In this document: in pieces, positions 60,893 through 64,000 of the stretch | How positions within the stretch are numbered: the stretch's first letter is position 1 | Layout: the number at the start of each line of letters is the position of its first letter | NCBI GenBank assembly: GCA_977020255.1 | Contig: CDROCS010003321.1 | Coordinates: 62,001-126,000 of the forward strand | DNA: 64,000 nucleotides | Reading direction: 5' to 3' | From: Obrimoposthia wandeli | Taxonomy: Eukaryota | Notes under the pieces: generated by a model | Told to the model about the DNA's origin: nothing | Databases searched by the model: none | Seen by the model: the letters and a program-made list of their open reading frames with translations, nothing else | Program-made: the position numbers and the translations under genes

Positions 60893-63214
60893 TCAAAATT
60901 GCAGATCTACGGTTAAACCAAACGTGCGAGATTGCCCCACTTTTACCGATTGGCCAAAGCGATTAGTTGATGCTCTATAATAGATATTTTCGTCAGTCAG
61001 ATTTTTAACATAGGCACGTACTTGAAAGTCTTTTATCTTATACCCTGCATTCACATTAACGACAGTATAATTACCGGCTTTATCAACGTCACTGTTATCA
61101 ACTGCTGAGTAATAAGCGGCGGTGTGAGCGACATTAGCACCATAGAACAACCCGTTGCCAAAATTTTTCTTAAACCCTAGGTTTGCAGTAAATTTAGGCG
61201 CATTACTAAAGTCGTTGCCATCAATTGCTTCGTTACCTACTCCGGCTGCTGTGATTTTAGTTTTTAATAAACCTGCTGCTGCACTTACGACCAATGAGGG
61301 TGATATTTGCGCATTTAGCTCTACTTCTAAGCCATAGCTTTTACCCTTATCAATATTCACCAAGCGTCTATTGAGTACCCCTTGATAGTCTTGGTACTTA
61401 CTGTAAAACAAGTTAGTGTTAAAGCTAATTCTTTGATCCTTAAAAGTAGATCGAGTACTCAACTCATAGGTTGTCACCTCTTCTTTTGAAAACTCATAGT
61501 AATCATTAGTAGTAAAATCAATCGCGCCACCCCCTGGGCTATAGCCTTTTCTTGCAGTAAACCCTAGTTTAGTGTTATCACTTAATTGATACATTAGCCC
61601 TACTTTGGGTAAAAGCATGGTATTTGAAATATTAGTTAATAACCGTGCTTCGTATGGTCTTGTAGGCCAAGCCAAAATATCACGATCTTGTTTTTCTTTT
61701 TCTACTCGCCCGCCTAGTAACACATCTAGCCTGTCAGTAATGGCTATGTTTGAATCGGCGTACAGCGCCACCGTCGATACTTTATCGTCACCTTTAAAAG
61801 TATCCGGCCCTGCATCTAAATCTTGCTTACGATGATAAAAATATGCACCAAGAACGCCACTATTACTACTATCTGCCGCATTGTAGAGTAGCCTTGCTTC
61901 TAAGGTATTGCTGTTTTCATCTTGGCGTAAATTTAAAGACCCATCAGATTGTTCAAACCGGGAGACGCTTTCACCCCTTGAGTAGACAAAATGACTGTCT
62001 AGCTCAGCATTTATTTCATAATTCACATCGGCTATTAATGCATTACTGGATGAGTCAGTACGACGTGTATTAGAGGTAATACCGCAAAATTCTAAGTCAG
62101 ATAAATTTTGACACTCACTGTTTTCTACCTCCTCTATGCTATTTAAATACTCGCCTTCTTGTGTGCGATGGGCAAGTGTTAGTTTCGCTCTTAGCTCAGG
62201 TATGTTTGATGGCTCCCACAATAGTTTGGATCTAATACTGCGTCGGTCTATTTCAGAGGGGTCCCAGCTAGGTGTTTTATTTGCAGGTAAAGAATAATCA
62301 ATATAACCATGCCCCATCACGCCTTCTGCGCTCACTCGTATAGCCAGTTCGTCCTCAATAATGGGTTCTGAAATCATCGCGGCTAATGAGTATTTATCAT
62401 CGTTATTTTCATAACCTAAGCGCAGTGCATTTTCTGATTTAAAACTGGGGTCTTTAGTTTTGACAACGATAGCACCGCCTAAGGTACTGCGCCCTTGGGT
62501 CGTTGATTGCGAGCCACGTAGCACCTCCACTTGCTCTACATCCCACAAACCTAAGTCTAAATAGCGCTGGCCTGCCCAGCTTTGACTCACACCATCTACG
62601 CTGGTACTCACCCTTGGACGAGCGCCAGTAATAAAGGTAAATACTCCTGTAGTAGGTCCACTGCCTGACACACCGCGTATTGAGGGTAAACCGGCCACAT
62701 TATTGGTGACATTAGCAACAGACTCTAGTGCTTGATACACCGAGCGCTGTTCGTTAGAGTCAACGCTCTCTCCTTTAATTACACTGACAGAGGTTGCTGT
62801 ATCCTGCAGGCTTCTGGAAAATTTTTCACCGGTAATGATCAAATCGTTTTGATTTAATGTCACTGCTATTACTTTTTGGATTACAAAATTATTATTGCCA
62901 ATATCTACGGCTTTAAGCTGGTGGATCTCCAGTAGTTTTTCAAAGGCTTGTTTAACACGATAGCGACCCTCCACCCCTTCGCTTAGTAAACCATTAATCA
63001 GTGCGGGATTAATTGATAAATTAATTTTGCTTTGGGTTGCTAGGGTATTCAGCGTATCTGTTAATCGCCCTTTGTTGATAGTGTACTCTCGATTCTCCTG
63101 CTGCTGGGTTAGCAGGTTTTCATTCGCAAAAACAACGCCAGAGCAAGGTAATGACAACGAGATACAGGCCGTCAATGCAATCGCATATGGCTTAGTGAAA
63201 TTAAGGGGGCTCAT
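60893..63214 (-). CDS. TonB-dependent receptor with N-terminal signalling (STN) extension
   Basis: Signal peptide, STN-like domain, plug (VEVLRGSQST..GRSTLGG), C-terminal RTFGLTVDLQF. Confidence 0.93.
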   Translation of the reverse strand: MSPLNFTKPYAIALTACISLSLPCSGVVFANENLLTQQQENREYTINKGRLTDTLNTLATQSKINLSINPALINGLLSEGVEGRYRVKQAFEKLLEIHQLKAVDIGNNNFVIQKVIAVTLNQNDLIITGEKFSRSLQDTATSVSVIKGESVDSNEQRSVYQALESVANVTNNVAGLPSIRGVSGSGPTTGVFTFITGARPRVSTSVDGVSQSWAGQRYLDLGLWDVEQVEVLRGSQSTTQGRSTLGGAIVVKTKDPSFKSENALRLGYENNDDKYSLAAMISEPIIEDELAIRVSAEGVMGHGYIDYSLPANKTPSWDPSEIDRRSIRSKLLWEPSNIPELRAKLTLAHRTQEGEYLNSIEEVENSECQNLSDLEFCGITSNTRRTDSSSNALIADVNYEINAELDSHFVYSRGESVSRFEQSDGSLNLRQDENSNTLEARLLYNAADSSNSGVLGAYFYHRKQDLDAGPDTFKGDDKVSTVALYADSNIAITDRLDVLLGGRVEKEKQDRDILAWPTRPYEARLLTNISNTMLLPKVGLMYQLSDNTKLGFTARKGYSPGGGAIDFTTNDYYEFSKEEVTTYELSTRSTFKDQRISFNTNLFYSKYQDYQGVLNRRLVNIDKGKSYGLEVELNAQISPSLVVSAAAGLLKTKITAAGVGNEAIDGNDFSNAPKFTANLGFKKNFGNGLFYGANVAHTAAYYSAVDNSDVDKAGNYTVVNVNAGYKIKDFQVRAYVKNLTDENIYYRASTNRFGQSVKVGQSRTFGLTVDLQF

Positions 63215-63288
63215 GATTAATCCTTTGATTAGTTTTAGTCTATTTATCTTTAATACCGAACCAAACGTAATGAACCCGTAAAACTATT

Positions 63289-64000
63289 TTACTTTTTTGC
63301 TAATTTAATTCTGGTGAACCATTTTGTGGCGTTATTAATTTCAACGGGCAGGCTGGCTTTAATTGCCAATAAAGCATTTTTACTGTTATTTAATTGAAAA
63401 GTACCGCTTATTTTTAAATTACCCGCAGCCTTTGAATAGCTTAGAAAACCTGAGTGGTAGGCTCTCAGCTTATCGATTACATCACTGAGCTTTGCGTTAT
63501 CAGCCTCAATCACAAACCTTGTCCAGCCAGCAGGTTTTATGGTCATATGGCTACTATTCATAGGTAAAGCAACACCTTTTGCTAAAATCCACCCCTGATT
63601 AGCAACAACCTGCTCAAGCATATTGTCTGTCTTTATCGTCACTGCGCCCTCAAGCACTTGTAATCTCGTTTCGTTTACACTGTTATTAACGACAAACTGA
63701 GTGCCCGTGGGCGTAAAGCTACCCCTTTTAGTTAAGACGCTGGGTTTTTGTATCGTTGGGGCATGTGCCGAATCTATAAAAATTGAGCCCTCTAATAATT
63801 CAATGTTAGGGCGGCTATTAACGTAATCAACAACGATCGTTGTATTACTGTTTAAAATGAGCTTGGCGCCACCAGTAAGCTCCATGCTTTTGTGCTCTCC
63901 CTTAGCTGTTGAGTAATCTGCACGCCAATAATTGAGGTCTAATACACCCCAATAATATGCGCTTGCCAATATGCATAGACAAAAGGAGCTGCTAAGTGCC
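63289..64000 (-). CDS. FecR family anti-sigma factor (5' end outside the window)
   Basis: DYSTAKGE, LNSNT, GTQFVV, VLEGAV, LKISGTF; directly upstream of an STN-TonB receptor. Confidence 0.88.
   Translation of the reverse strand, partial: ALSSSFCLCILASAYYWGVLDLNYWRADYSTAKGEHKSMELTGGAKLILNSNTTIVVDYVNSRPNIELLEGSIFIDSAHAPTIQKPSVLTKRGSFTPTGTQFVVNNSVNETRLQVLEGAVTIKTDNMLEQVVANQGWILAKGVALPMNSSHMTIKPAGWTRFVIEADNAKLSDVIDKLRAYHSGFLSYSKAAGNLKISGTFQLNNSKNALLAIKASLPVEINNATKWFTRIKLAKK

Overview
AT-rich (roughly 40% GC by eye) chromosomal segment, probably from a marine Alteromonadales-like gammaproteobacterium (inference from composition and gene families). No rRNA, tRNA or CRISPR array was recognised. Contents in order: (1) a MITE-like element and a near-complete attC-like palindrome next to a GFA/TetR pair. 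(2) A valine/isobutyrate catabolic operon (mmsA, acyl-CoA dehydrogenase, two enoyl-CoA hydratases, mmsB) with divergent mmsR. (3) About 1.9 kb with no intact gene, holding a decayed ORF, a perfect 30-bp palindrome and a strongly G-depleted tract. (4) nfsA, DUF2157 and a DUF4401-GDYXXLXY fusion. (5) A long co-oriented run of small accessory genes (GNATs, cupin, LysE, NUDIX, PhzF, Tat-exported agmatine deiminase) with collapsed attC-like junctions. (6) A SatD-family cyclase-like/HTH gene plus DUF3307 membrane gene, preceded by a six-unit ~29-bp palindromic repeat array; this is the best candidate for an undescribed system. (7) Two nested, decayed group II introns fused to an IS66 remnant. (8) LysR, an ABC transporter without an ATPase gene, and PuuD. 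(9) rtcB-prfH ribosome-repair operon with a 13-aa leader ORF. (10) A secreted ankyrin-repeat protein. (11) A BetI-like regulator and an Fe/2OG dioxygenase interrupted by an intact IS66 with an 8-bp target duplication. (12) cheW, a cold-shock gene, split class II RNR nrdJa/nrdJb with tandem NrdR boxes, housekeeping-type enzymes, and the end of a FecR/TonB-receptor/esterase siderophore-uptake locus. All family assignments come from motif recognition by eye; no searches were run.
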